This document shows, piece after piece, positions 25,166-35,300 of a stretch of DNA of 64,000 bases. How positions within the stretch are numbered: position 1 is the first letter of the stretch; each line of letters begins with the position of its first letter. Made by a program: the position numbers and the translations under genes. Source of the DNA: Vezdaea acicularis. Taxonomy: Eukaryota. Under the pieces are notes generated by a model, which saw nothing but the letters and a program-made list of their open reading frames with translations, was not told where the DNA came from and did no database searches. The DNA lies in the NCBI GenBank assembly GCA_026025075.1, contig JAPEUI010000008.1:186001-250000 (forward strand), in the 5' to 3' direction.

Positions 25166-25263
25166 ACCTAATATGTTAGTTAGGTGACAGCTTTAATCTT
25201 AAAACAGTTGCTCCTAACTTGACGAGATTCAGGAATTCGTAGAATCGATGTCCCTGTCCTAAA

Positions 25264-26796
25264 TCAATCCAGCAAATGCAACATCTCTTCGACGGAGGTC
25301 AATTTTCGCCTTTCTGCCCCCTCTTTAGCACCCCTCTGCTTTTCGACCAAGTCAATCTTCTTCCAGTCTTCCCAACTGACTGGACGTAATTTCCTGCCTT
25401 CTTCGGTAGCCTTAACCCCGCTCCAGCCCTCTTTGAGCTCCTCTCCTCCAACTTGCTTGATTCCTCGCTCCCAGTCGCTGACAATGCCATCTGCAGTAGC
25501 AAATGCATTGTCCATAGTATTGGCTATGACCCCATTGGGCCCCCGTGCAACCCAACCGGTGCTGTATAACCCAGGAATTGGGTTTCCACTATAGTCCGAG
25601 CCATCACCTGACGTGCGCAGGATACGACCATGGACGTCGTTAGGGATGATTCCGAGGCGTTCATTGAATGGGATCCCCAGTTTCGCCATTCCGGGCAGGA
25701 GCTGGGATTTGTAGCCAATTGAGCGGAATGCAAGGGAGGCATTTATCTTCATATCTTTCCCTGTCGCCATGACTTTAGCGTCTCGAGCATTAGGCTCAGA
25801 CTGGTAGTACTTCATCTTATCAAAGATAATCTCGTGAAGAACAGGGGGATCTTGGGTCCCAGTTCCAAGAGGCTTACTCTTGAAGCTTTTGGGAGATAGT
25901 AAGAAATCAAGGCTCCAGTTCCTCGTCGCAATGTCTGAGGAGGTGCCAGAGCCTTTCTTCAACAGTTCCATCATTCTCTTGGAAGAACGGTTGAGCTTGT
26001 TCACATCCTCGGGCAACAACGATGATTCAATAGGCTTGAAAGCAACATCAGGAAGTTTCATAAGCTCCCTAACTTCTTTGATAGTAAAAGATGCTTGCAT
26101 AGGCCCTCGTCTGCCTACAACCCGAATGCTCTTTACTCGACTTGTAGCCAGCTTTTCAAGCGCGTAGTCCGTTATGTCTGTTTTTCGAAGTTCCTCTACT
26201 CTTGTGAGTAGTATACGTGCAACATCCAAAGCGACATTGCCCTGGCCAATTATAACAGCTTCCTCTTCATCCAGGCTGGGTTCAAGCTTGGCATATTCTG
26301 GAAGACCATTATACCATCCAACAAAAGCGCGTGCTGAGTAGATCCCTCCTAGATGTTGCTCCCCGGGAATCTCCAATTGACGATCCTCCGAGGCTCCATA
26401 CGCAAAAAGAACTGCGTCATAGTGCGGGATAAGTGTCTCAAGCGGTAATGAGTCTCCAATAGATGTGTTGCCAATGAAAGTGAACCGCGGCGATGACGCC
26501 AGTTCTTCAAATTTGTCCTGGCAATTCTTTGGGTAACAGATGGTCAGCAGAAGATCAACTAGGAGGGTTGTATGCGATCAGACCTTCACTTCTGGATGGT
26601 CAGGAGCAACCCCAAATCTTACTAATCCGTAAGGCACTGGAAGACGTTCATACATATCCACATGCGCTTCGCGAATTTTGGCCATTACCTTGTATGCTGT
26701 ATAGAAGCCAGCTGGTCCAGATCCAATGACAGCGAGGCGAAACAGCTTGGGCGCGCTCGCGACATAACCCCTAACGCCATGCCGTAGGCTTTGCAT
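25264..26796 (-). CDS. ARH1: Mitochondrial NADPH:adrenodoxin (ferredoxin) oxidoreductase; exons 26796-26584, 26526-25264
   Basis: FAD motif 'AVIGSGPAGFY', 'PVPYGLVRFGVAPDHPEVK|NCQDKF', NADP motif 'IIGQGNVALDVARIL', 'GWVARGPNGVI'. Basic N-terminus resembles a targeting peptide; start codon uncertain. Confidence 0.93.
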
Positions 26797-27399
26797 CCTA
26801 GCAATGAGTGGCCTTGGAATGGGTGATCTGGTGACATTGCGGTCTGAACATGAGGAAGTAGATCGGAGGATCTTCTCCGACCATCACCGGAGTCACAGCA
26901 AGCGAAACGGCTTTTTGCAAATGGGCTACATTGCAACAAACAATCGCACCATCCGGAGCTAACCCCATAGCTTGGATGAAAGTCCTCGGAAAATAATGCT
27001 TAATTAGGTCGAATCCGTCAGCTAAGCCGCCACGATCAAGGACGTTCTTACAGTTTTTGCGTCAGCCATCTTGAACTTCGGATGCATCGGAGCACTAAAC
27101 CTGTGTTATAAACTTTATAGGCTAGACGCCAAGATCGAAGCCAGTCAAAGCTTACCAAAGTTAGAGAAATACCGTAAGCGCTAGGAACGGCTTTTCTAGA
27201 AGGCTTGAAGCCAAGCATTATGCTTAAATCGATGGAGAAACCGGCAAGCCCCCAGCGTGGTCCATGTGACAACGCGCGCAACACATAAGACTGCCGCCAT
27301 GCTCCGCACAACTTCTTATCAGAACAAGGCTACACTATTCTCACAACTAGCTTGCAAAACTCTGACTAGGATAGCCATAGGAATACAGAATCATTCGAT

Positions 27400-28587
27400 A
27401 TGGAATATGCCAGGTATTAGAACGCAATTCGCGCGCTATGTGAACGTACTTACTAACAGCTGAGTAGACTTGGCCCGTCGGGCCTGAAAGTCTCCAAGAT
27501 CATTGTTGGGACCATGTCTTATGGTGATCCAGCTTGGCAAGGTTGGGTTTTACCCGAGGAAAAAGCGCTTCCACTGCTTAAACATGCATATGACAATGGC
27601 TTTAATACTTGGGATACGGTCAGTAACTTAATACAGCTGTGGGCCGTATACCTTGACTCAATCCATACTGGGGAACCAGGCAGATGTATATTCAAACGGC
27701 AGAAGCGAAGAAATCATTTGCAAAGCTTTGAAGAAGTATGACATTCCAAGATCAAAGGTTGTGATACTAGGGAAATGCTACTTTGGGGTTGCCGATCCGA
27801 CGCAACCGGCACCGGCAGCCTCTTCGGTTGTAAATGACGGGGAATGGGTCAATCAGATAGGGCTCTCTCGAAAGCACATTTTTGATGCGGTGGAAAGTAG
27901 CTGCAAACGTCTAGGGACTTATCTGGACGTCCTTCAGATCCATCGACGAGATCCTGACACTCCAGCGGAGGAGATCATGCGAGCACTTAACGATGTCGTG
28001 GAGAAAGGCTTGGTAAGATATATTGGAGCAAGTAGTGTGAGTATTGCGAGCTTTGTGGCTTAGATAACCGTTAGCTAATAAGAAGGGCACAGATGTCGGC
28101 ATGGCAGTTCCAAGAACTCCAATATGTTGCGGACAAACGCAATTGGAATAAATTCATCTCGATGCAAAATTACTACAATCTCCTCTACCGAGAAGAGGAA
28201 CGCGAGATGATCCCGCTTTGCAAAAATTTAGGTGTCACATGTATTCCATGGTCCCCGATTGCTCGAGGCCTCCTCGCCCGCCCATGGGGTGAGATAAGCT
28301 CTCGAGAAGATTCCGATCCAACTACAAAACGCCTACTCCGTGCGAGAGAAACAAGTATTGATAGAGAAATTGTTGGCCGCGTGGAAGAAATTGCGAAAAA
28401 GCGAGAAGTGGGCATGGCGTGCGTTGCAACTGCTTGGAGCTTAGCTAAGGGCTGTTTTCCCATCGTTGGCCTAGGAAGCATTAAGCGGATCGACGAAGCT
28501 TTGGAGGCAGTAAAGTTCAAGTTGACTGATGAAGAGATTCACTATCTTGAAGAGCCGTATCAACCGAAAGCGTTGATCCCAGTATAA
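27400..28587 (+). CDS. Aldo-keto reductase (aryl-alcohol dehydrogenase/YPL088W-like); exons 27400-27413, 27468-27618, 27680-28036, 28093-28587
   Basis: 'MEYARLGPSGLKVSKIIVGTMSYG', 'WDTADVYSNGRSEEII', 'LDVLQIHR', 'VRYIGASSM', 'FISMQNYYNLLYREEEREM', 'PWSPIARG'. Introns canonical and in frame. Confidence 0.92.
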
Positions 28588-29027
28588 ACGAACAAGGGGT
28601 GGTGGTCGATGAGCTTTTAGTCTTGACATAAAACCTGGTCTCAGATATGTTTGATCTCTAATTACACCCTCTTCAAGTGAGTTTATCCGACTTTCACATG
28701 TCGGATTTTTTGTCTTGGTTCGTGGGTGATGCACTCGGCTGTGTCCCAAGAGTCTTTTAGTCTGTTTCAGCGGATCGGGCATTTAGCCGCGATCACTTGT
28801 AACGTCGCAAGAATTCGTCGCTACTAATTCCATTGTGCTGTATCGACTTTTTAGGCCTTCTACTCGCTGGAGAATCGGGGCTCGGAGCGTCATGGTTTAA
28901 GGCTAAGTCGTGTAGGAGGCGAAGCCTTTAATATGCCAAGTCTTCTATTTACATGTACGACGCCTACGTCTAGATGTCCACTGGAGTCATCCGTCTCTTC
29001 TCTTCTTTCTGGACGCTTTAGTCGAAA

Positions 29028-31388
29028 ATGGAGTTTTCCTTCTTTACCCTTTTTTCTCTGATCGTGTTTTGGATTGCCTTGCCGGTTCAAGGTCTCCCTG
29101 GGGTTGCTATTCGAGGAGTCGGCGTTGAGGAAGGTTCCATAGTACAAAACGAGCTCTCGAACACAACCTCAAAGAACTCTACGTTAGGCTCTTTGTTACT
29201 CGAGAAACTATCTACGGAGCATGTCAACCCGACAAAGGTTAAACGTGCCTCAACTCCGGTGGCGCGGGAGGCATACATCTTGATAACTCCATATCTTAAT
29301 TACGGAAACCTCTTTGATAATGCAGGCGAGCCACTCCTGGGGACTCACTCTGCTGTGCAATTTATGGGCACCGATACCGATGGCCCTTTCAGGGTTGAGA
29401 TCGGCGAAGGCATTGGAGATAGTGTCGGAGTTCTACAGGTCGTTGCATCAGATTTTGGGACATACTCCAGTAAGAATGGGCCACCAGGTACCCGTCCTGG
29501 CCGTCTCGTCTATAAACTAGCCGGAACGATTAGTCTTAGCAATGACCAGCTTATGAATAAATTCAATGGTCTTGGGAAAGTCGCAGAAATTTGGAGGAAG
29601 AATCCATACTACTCGAGGCTAAACCACGGTTGCAATCAGTGGGCTCGAGAGTTCATCGCGGCATTAGACCTGCAACTACCGCACGAACCTACGAATATCC
29701 TGGCAAGGTCAGATCAGTTCTTCAAGACCTTTCTCGCGGGCAACCCAAAAGAATACTCGTCCCAGAGCGTCGTAGATATGCGACTGAAGATGTATGCCGA
29801 GACCCCGTCAGACACAGAGTCGCGCGTTTTTGATTGGATGGATCTTGAATATTCAATTGACTCCGGCGACGGCAAAGGAGCTAAGCCCGTAAGGTTCCTT
29901 GATAACCTTGACTCGATCATGTCAGACACGGACCCAGAGGAAGATGTCACGCGTAAGCAGAGTATCACGGCTTACGATTCTTACTCGTCAAGTGACGGTT
30001 ACGGAAGTGATGGCTATGGCAATGACGGCGAAATCCCGCTATACTGCTCTGATTCTTCGCTCAAGAAGCGATCACCCTTTCCTGTATCATCTGATGAACT
30101 CTCTCATGAGTTCTCCGATGAATCCCCTGATGAATATATTGATGAATACCCTTTATCAAGTTCTAACATCTTTAAACGAGGCACGAATTCTGTTCAACGC
30201 TCTATATTCCTAATGATTGACTGCTTCTATGGCACTGTCACATACACAGCATCGGGAGTACCGGTCGCTGCCGTTCAAGCTCAGCTCCACTACTCAGGCA
30301 TCCCGAACGACCCCAACAACGGTCCCCTCCGTGTCACCGTCACCCAGGCGACCGTTCGTGTGGTTTCCTTTGATCCCTCTTACACGGGTCCCCATGAGAT
30401 TGGCGCTGGCCCGGTAGGATCCCAGCGCACAAGTTGGTACGTCGGCTCTACGTCTCTTTCCAACGCTGAGCTCGCCTCCTTTGCCGACGGGACCGGGCAC
30501 ATCGCCCAGGTCATCCACCAGCAGCCGGGCTGGTCGCCCACGGTAGACGAGGACGCGAACGCGTTTATAAAGCGATTATTATTGAGCCACCAGCATGACC
30601 CAGTCAGGAGTAGGGGCATACAGATGCCAATGCAAGCAGACTTCATGCTTACCAAGAGCGCTTTGTGGGAGCAAATCATGTACAAAAACGTCGGAAAGGA
30701 CGGCTTGCCAGCTTTCATAATGGAAGTCTATCAGCAAGTGGGCAATAATCTCGACGTGGCGACTTTCGACCCGGACTTGGACCCCGGCAGCCCACAACGC
30801 ATACAAAACTCTCCTCCGCGCACTAACGCCGTGCCCGCTCTTGAGCGTCAAGGGAGTAGTGGGGCGCCGTTGCCGGAGAGGCCTGTCGGAGTGCCGACTC
30901 CGGACTGGATGCAAGAATGGAATGACTGGTACGAGAGGACTTTTGGAGATTTTACGGATCTTGACGGCTACATGGATTATGAGTACGGGTGTTTGGCAGA
31001 TGGGAGTGTGCAGAGTAAGCCCAACTTCAAGGCGAAGAGGGAAGAAGAGGAAGAGGGCGAGCAAGAGCCAAGTAGCCACGAAATCAACCCCATCGATGCA
31101 TCCCCGGACAATAACAAGAGATGGAATAAGAACCTAGAGGCTGAGTACATCCTTTCTCCAGAAGAGGAATCGATGAAGCCACCAGCACCAAGCAACGACA
31201 TCATAGCACTCAGCCTCAAGCTACAAAATACGGTCATGAACCTCATGAAGAACGAGACCCCAGTATTGATAGGCATGGGCTCAAGCGCCATCATGGCTGA
31301 TGCCCCAGACTTGACTTCGGCCTTTGCGAACTTGATGGACCTGGATGCCTCGCGCCGAGCCGCGGTACGAGGTGTAGTTTCATCGTAA
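29028..31388 (+). CDS. Orphan secreted protein, 786 aa, with two homologous modules separated by KR-flanked acidic spacers; single exon
   Basis: Uninterrupted 2.36-kb ORF; hydrophobic signal peptide (~aa 1-22); KR at aa 72-73, 347-348, 383-384, 670-671 and 697-698; internal repeat visible by eye. No family recognised with certainty. Confidence 0.8.
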   Translation: MEFSFFTLFSLIVFWIALPVQGLPGVAIRGVGVEEGSIVQNELSNTTSKNSTLGSLLLEKLSTEHVNPTKVKRASTPVAREAYILITPYLNYGNLFDNAGEPLLGTHSAVQFMGTDTDGPFRVEIGEGIGDSVGVLQVVASDFGTYSSKNGPPGTRPGRLVYKLAGTISLSNDQLMNKFNGLGKVAEIWRKNPYYSRLNHGCNQWAREFIAALDLQLPHEPTNILARSDQFFKTFLAGNPKEYSSQSVVDMRLKMYAETPSDTESRVFDWMDLEYSIDSGDGKGAKPVRFLDNLDSIMSDTDPEEDVTRKQSITAYDSYSSSDGYGSDGYGNDGEIPLYCSDSSLKKRSPFPVSSDELSHEFSDESPDEYIDEYPLSSSNIFKRGTNSVQRSIFLMIDCFYGTVTYTASGVPVAAVQAQLHYSGIPNDPNNGPLRVTVTQATVRVVSFDPSYTGPHEIGAGPVGSQRTSWYVGSTSLSNAELASFADGTGHIAQVIHQQPGWSPTVDEDANAFIKRLLLSHQHDPVRSRGIQMPMQADFMLTKSALWEQIMYKNVGKDGLPAFIMEVYQQVGNNLDVATFDPDLDPGSPQRIQNSPPRTNAVPALERQGSSGAPLPERPVGVPTPDWMQEWNDWYERTFGDFTDLDGYMDYEYGCLADGSVQSKPNFKAKREEEEEGEQEPSSHEINPIDASPDNNKRWNKNLEAEYILSPEEESMKPPAPSNDIIALSLKLQNTVMNLMKNETPVLIGMGSSAIMADAPDLTSAFANLMDLDASRRAAVRGVVSS

Positions 31389-31747
31389 AGACGAATCAGG
31401 GCGCTTCTAAAAGTAGTTCAATCCGGCTCCGCCCTATGAGCAGAGGATCGGTAGACCCGTACGAGTAGTATCGTATCGTATCACATTCAACGGCGTTTGC
31501 GGCGTGTTCCAGCTAGTCATCTTAATAGTGAGCATTTGCAAACATTTGTAGTGAATAAGATAACAAAATACATATCTCAGCATGCCCTCCAAATGTGCCA
31601 TGTATCCACCGTGCTAGTACTCATGACAGATTTTGTTCTATGCGAAATGGGCCATGGCGTCAATTCCAAACCCGCCAGCTTGATCACGTAGGACAAACGT
31701 CGAATGTGAGTCTCCTCTGGGGTATCTACGAGATCGGTGGGAATGAA

Positions 31748-31786
<39 letters not shown>
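31748..31786. repeat. Homopolymer G39
   Basis: Run of 39 G read directly. Confidence 0.9.
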
Positions 31787-31787
<1 letters not shown>

Positions 31788-32390
31788 GGTACCTCCTATG
31801 CGCAACCTCGTGGTCATGGAGTCAGAAACGGGGCAGCTTCGTGGCAGACTTGCATGAGACGAAAAGGCTTGTAAGGAGATCATAGAGACAGATGAGCTCG
31901 GGTGCAAGAGTGGGACAAGTCTTGCCACGCGCAGCGAAGAACACGAAGCATGACCCGCCCATCCAGCAAGCGACTAGCAGGGCCGTCCCAGTGGGCTGAA
32001 GAGAAGCGTGGGTAATACTATAGCAGTCTGCGAAGGGATAGCTGGGGCGAAGAGGGAATTCCATCACAAAAGAAGAACGAGATGCAAAATAAGGGGATGA
32101 TAGCCAAAGACAAGTTTCATAGTACTGTGCGGTATAACACGCCTTTTAGAGAGTCTATGCTACAAATTCCTAGACAAGTCTGAAAAGACCGATCCCGATC
32201 CGAGCTATCCTGTCGTGCTGATGCAATTTATTCCATGCGTCGCCCATACGCCGGGATTATGCTATGCGCCAAGGAGTAAAAAGGGGGGAAAAGAGAGATG
32301 AGGGGTAAAGAAGGAAATATCAAGAGCTCGTGATAGAAGCTTCTAAGCTCTAGACCTGGGTATTCTTCGGTGAATCTATTCCGTTGCCGC

Positions 32391-35300
32391 TTAGGCAAAG
32401 TAGGACTTCCATAGTACACCCTCAAGATCCTCTAGTTGATCGGGAGTGAATACCTGTAACAAGATTAGCCGGGTTTTGCCTGCACTTTTCTAGTACTCAA
32501 AGTCACATACCTTCATATCGACATGCCAAGTATCCTGCCTCGTCTTCTTGAACTCGCTCAGAATACTTTTGACGCTCTTCCCAACGGCCCCCGGATCACT
32601 TGCCGCCTTGACAGCCAACGTAGCTAAAATCTGGGGTAGCCAGTGCGGCGGTGGGCTCTGATACGGGAAAGCCTGGACAATAGCACCGAGCCCCAGGACC
32701 GCCGCGTGTCTCTTCAGCAGCGTTTTCGTCTGTTCGGGCGTAGGCGTTCCCAGAGGAGAGCGCTTAGTGAGCGGATTCTCGGCAAGCTTCTTTGAGAAGA
32801 TATCTTGCAGGCTCTGTACGATCTCTGCGCGGCGCTTGGCGGGCGTGCAACGGATCATGCCTGAGAGGGTCATGGCAGAAGCGGTACGTACCTCGAGTTG
32901 GGCGTCCTCGAGCATGTGGGAGACTGCGCAGAAGAGCTGGGTTTGCTGGGTTTGCGAGAGCATGAAGAGACGGCGGAAGTAGATTATTTGCATGTTGATG
33001 AGGACTCGGAGGCGTTGGTGCCAGAATGGAGATGTCTTTCCAAGACGAATCATGGTCTCGATGAAAGCATCGTCTTCGCCAATGCCGTGTGGGATATTAG
33101 CTAGGTGTCGGAAGACAAGGTAGGCTAGATTTTGGAGTTCGGGGTCTTCTTTGACGTCCATCATATGTAGGAACTGCTGCATAAAAAGATCCGGGAAAAA
33201 TTGGAGCAATTGAGTGCATTCGTGAGAAGAGAGTGTTGAGTCAAGCCAGAGAAGGACGGTCTTGCTGCCTTGAGTATAAGACGAAGGGGTCTGTTGACCA
33301 GGAGTACGCTCGCCACGCCAGATCTCGAGACGAGTGAAAACATCGTTCATAGTACCAATGAATTCAGAGGTAGGCTTGTAAGGGGTTGTTCCGACGGAAG
33401 ATGCCGCATTCTGAGCTCCGACAAGTTGATCAACGTCTTTATATGATTCATGGTAGCGGGAACGGTAAATTGCAGCCATCGTCTGTCCAATTGCCTCTCG
33501 AACACCCTTGTACGGATGATCGAGATGGGCTAAAAAGTCTTGCAGAATTGGTTTCTCAAGTTGAAAGTGCCACCCTGAGGCAACAACGCACTGTTGCAGT
33601 AACTGAATCTTGGAACTCTCTTTGAATGCCGCATTTGATTGCATGTCCAGTCTGAAGCTCGACAGCCATTGCAGTATTGGCCAGGATCGCCTCGGATCTT
33701 TGCCGGCCATCATCAAGTTCAAGAATGACATCCAGTACGATGAATTTTCTGGCGTCAATCCATCTTCGAAGATTTTCTTGATCATTGGCCATGCATAGTC
33801 CCAAATTTTCTGGCGGAGTTCCACATTGGAATCCGCAACGGAGCAGAGCAGGCCACCTAGGATTTCTGCGGTTGCTCGATGCTGATGCTTGTCGCTCCCA
33901 TCACCATATACATCAGCAATCTCTGCCTGGATTTCCTCAAGCGTAACATCAGTCAGCCCCTGGAGAACGAGTTCAAATGTAAAGTTGAGCAGTAGTACAC
34001 CTCCCATCCGGAAGCGATCTTCTCTAGCCTCCCGAGGCTCCTGCTTGAGGTACTTGAAGAATTTTGAAAACCAACTCCGGCTTAGAATCTTGCCGATTTG
34101 TGTTCGTGCCCTCATGTCGACCTCGTCGTATTCCAAGAAACTTTTGGGACTTGACTCGTATGCAGGCATTTTCTCATCCCACACGAGCCAGCCTGGGAAG
34201 TCGTTATCAACGTAGTATTCTGTTTCCTCACGGGCAAACCCCTCCAAGTATGATGTAGTCCAGTCCGGAGAATCTCTTCGCGTGACGACAGATACCTTTG
34301 TAGGAATTTTCTGCTTGTCAAGAAGGTAGTCCTCGTAGCTATGATTGCATGTGGCGCGCGCCTCTATGAGCGAGAACAGGGCAACCAATGCTCCAGAATA
34401 TAGCGCCCTGAGCGAAGGATGATCGTCAATAGCGCCAGCAGCGAAAAGTTCAACCATGTTCGGTGGTGCAATCGTATGGAAACGAAGACCAAGATTTATC
34501 ACAACAGCGACCGTCTTGCTTGCTTTCCTCCAATGAGCTCCCTTTGCGATCTCGACTAATTCGACAGCCAGCAAAGCTTTCCTTTCCTCAATCGCAGCTC
34601 TTTTGTCTGATACGAGCTTCTTATGCTGTACAAGTGTATCTTGAGGAATTGATTGCGGCACAATATCCTTGAGAATCTCTTCATCCATTAGGACTAGCCT
34701 TTCCATTGGACGACCAAACTCGAAAACCTGCATGGTAGACGCATTCGCGATCTTCTGCACTGACGGTCTATCAATTGAAGTGGTCTTGATATAGGATTTG
34801 ATGAAACGTGGACAAGAGTTCCAGTCTCTAGCTAGCGTCTTGGTAAGACCGCTGAACAGAAGAGAGAACATCGCCCCCTTGATTCGCGCAAAATCAAGGT
34901 TGTCAACTGCATGCTCGAGAGCTTCTACAAATATAGGTAGAAGGATTGCACGAGCTCCAATGATCGACTTGCAGGCTGAGTCCATAGCGTTCTGTGCAGT
35001 ACGTCGAATCTCCACATAATTGGAAAGACTCGACTCAGCTAGATCCCTAAGCATCTTCTCATCCAAACCTGAGCTAGGCCTGGGCGAAGCGTTGTGCCGT
35101 AGGCGCTGAAGGTTGTAGACGTATGCCCTTCTTAGTAACAGGGGTCTTGGATACTCTTTACGTAGTCCGCTGACTTTGTAAGGATTTATATCAGCAGCCA
35201 AGAGTCTTGTGATACGATCGTGGGTATGAGCTGATCTTTCAATCCCCACATCTATGAAGAAGGCACGATACGCTGAGTAAAGCGCATTGAAACAGGTGAC

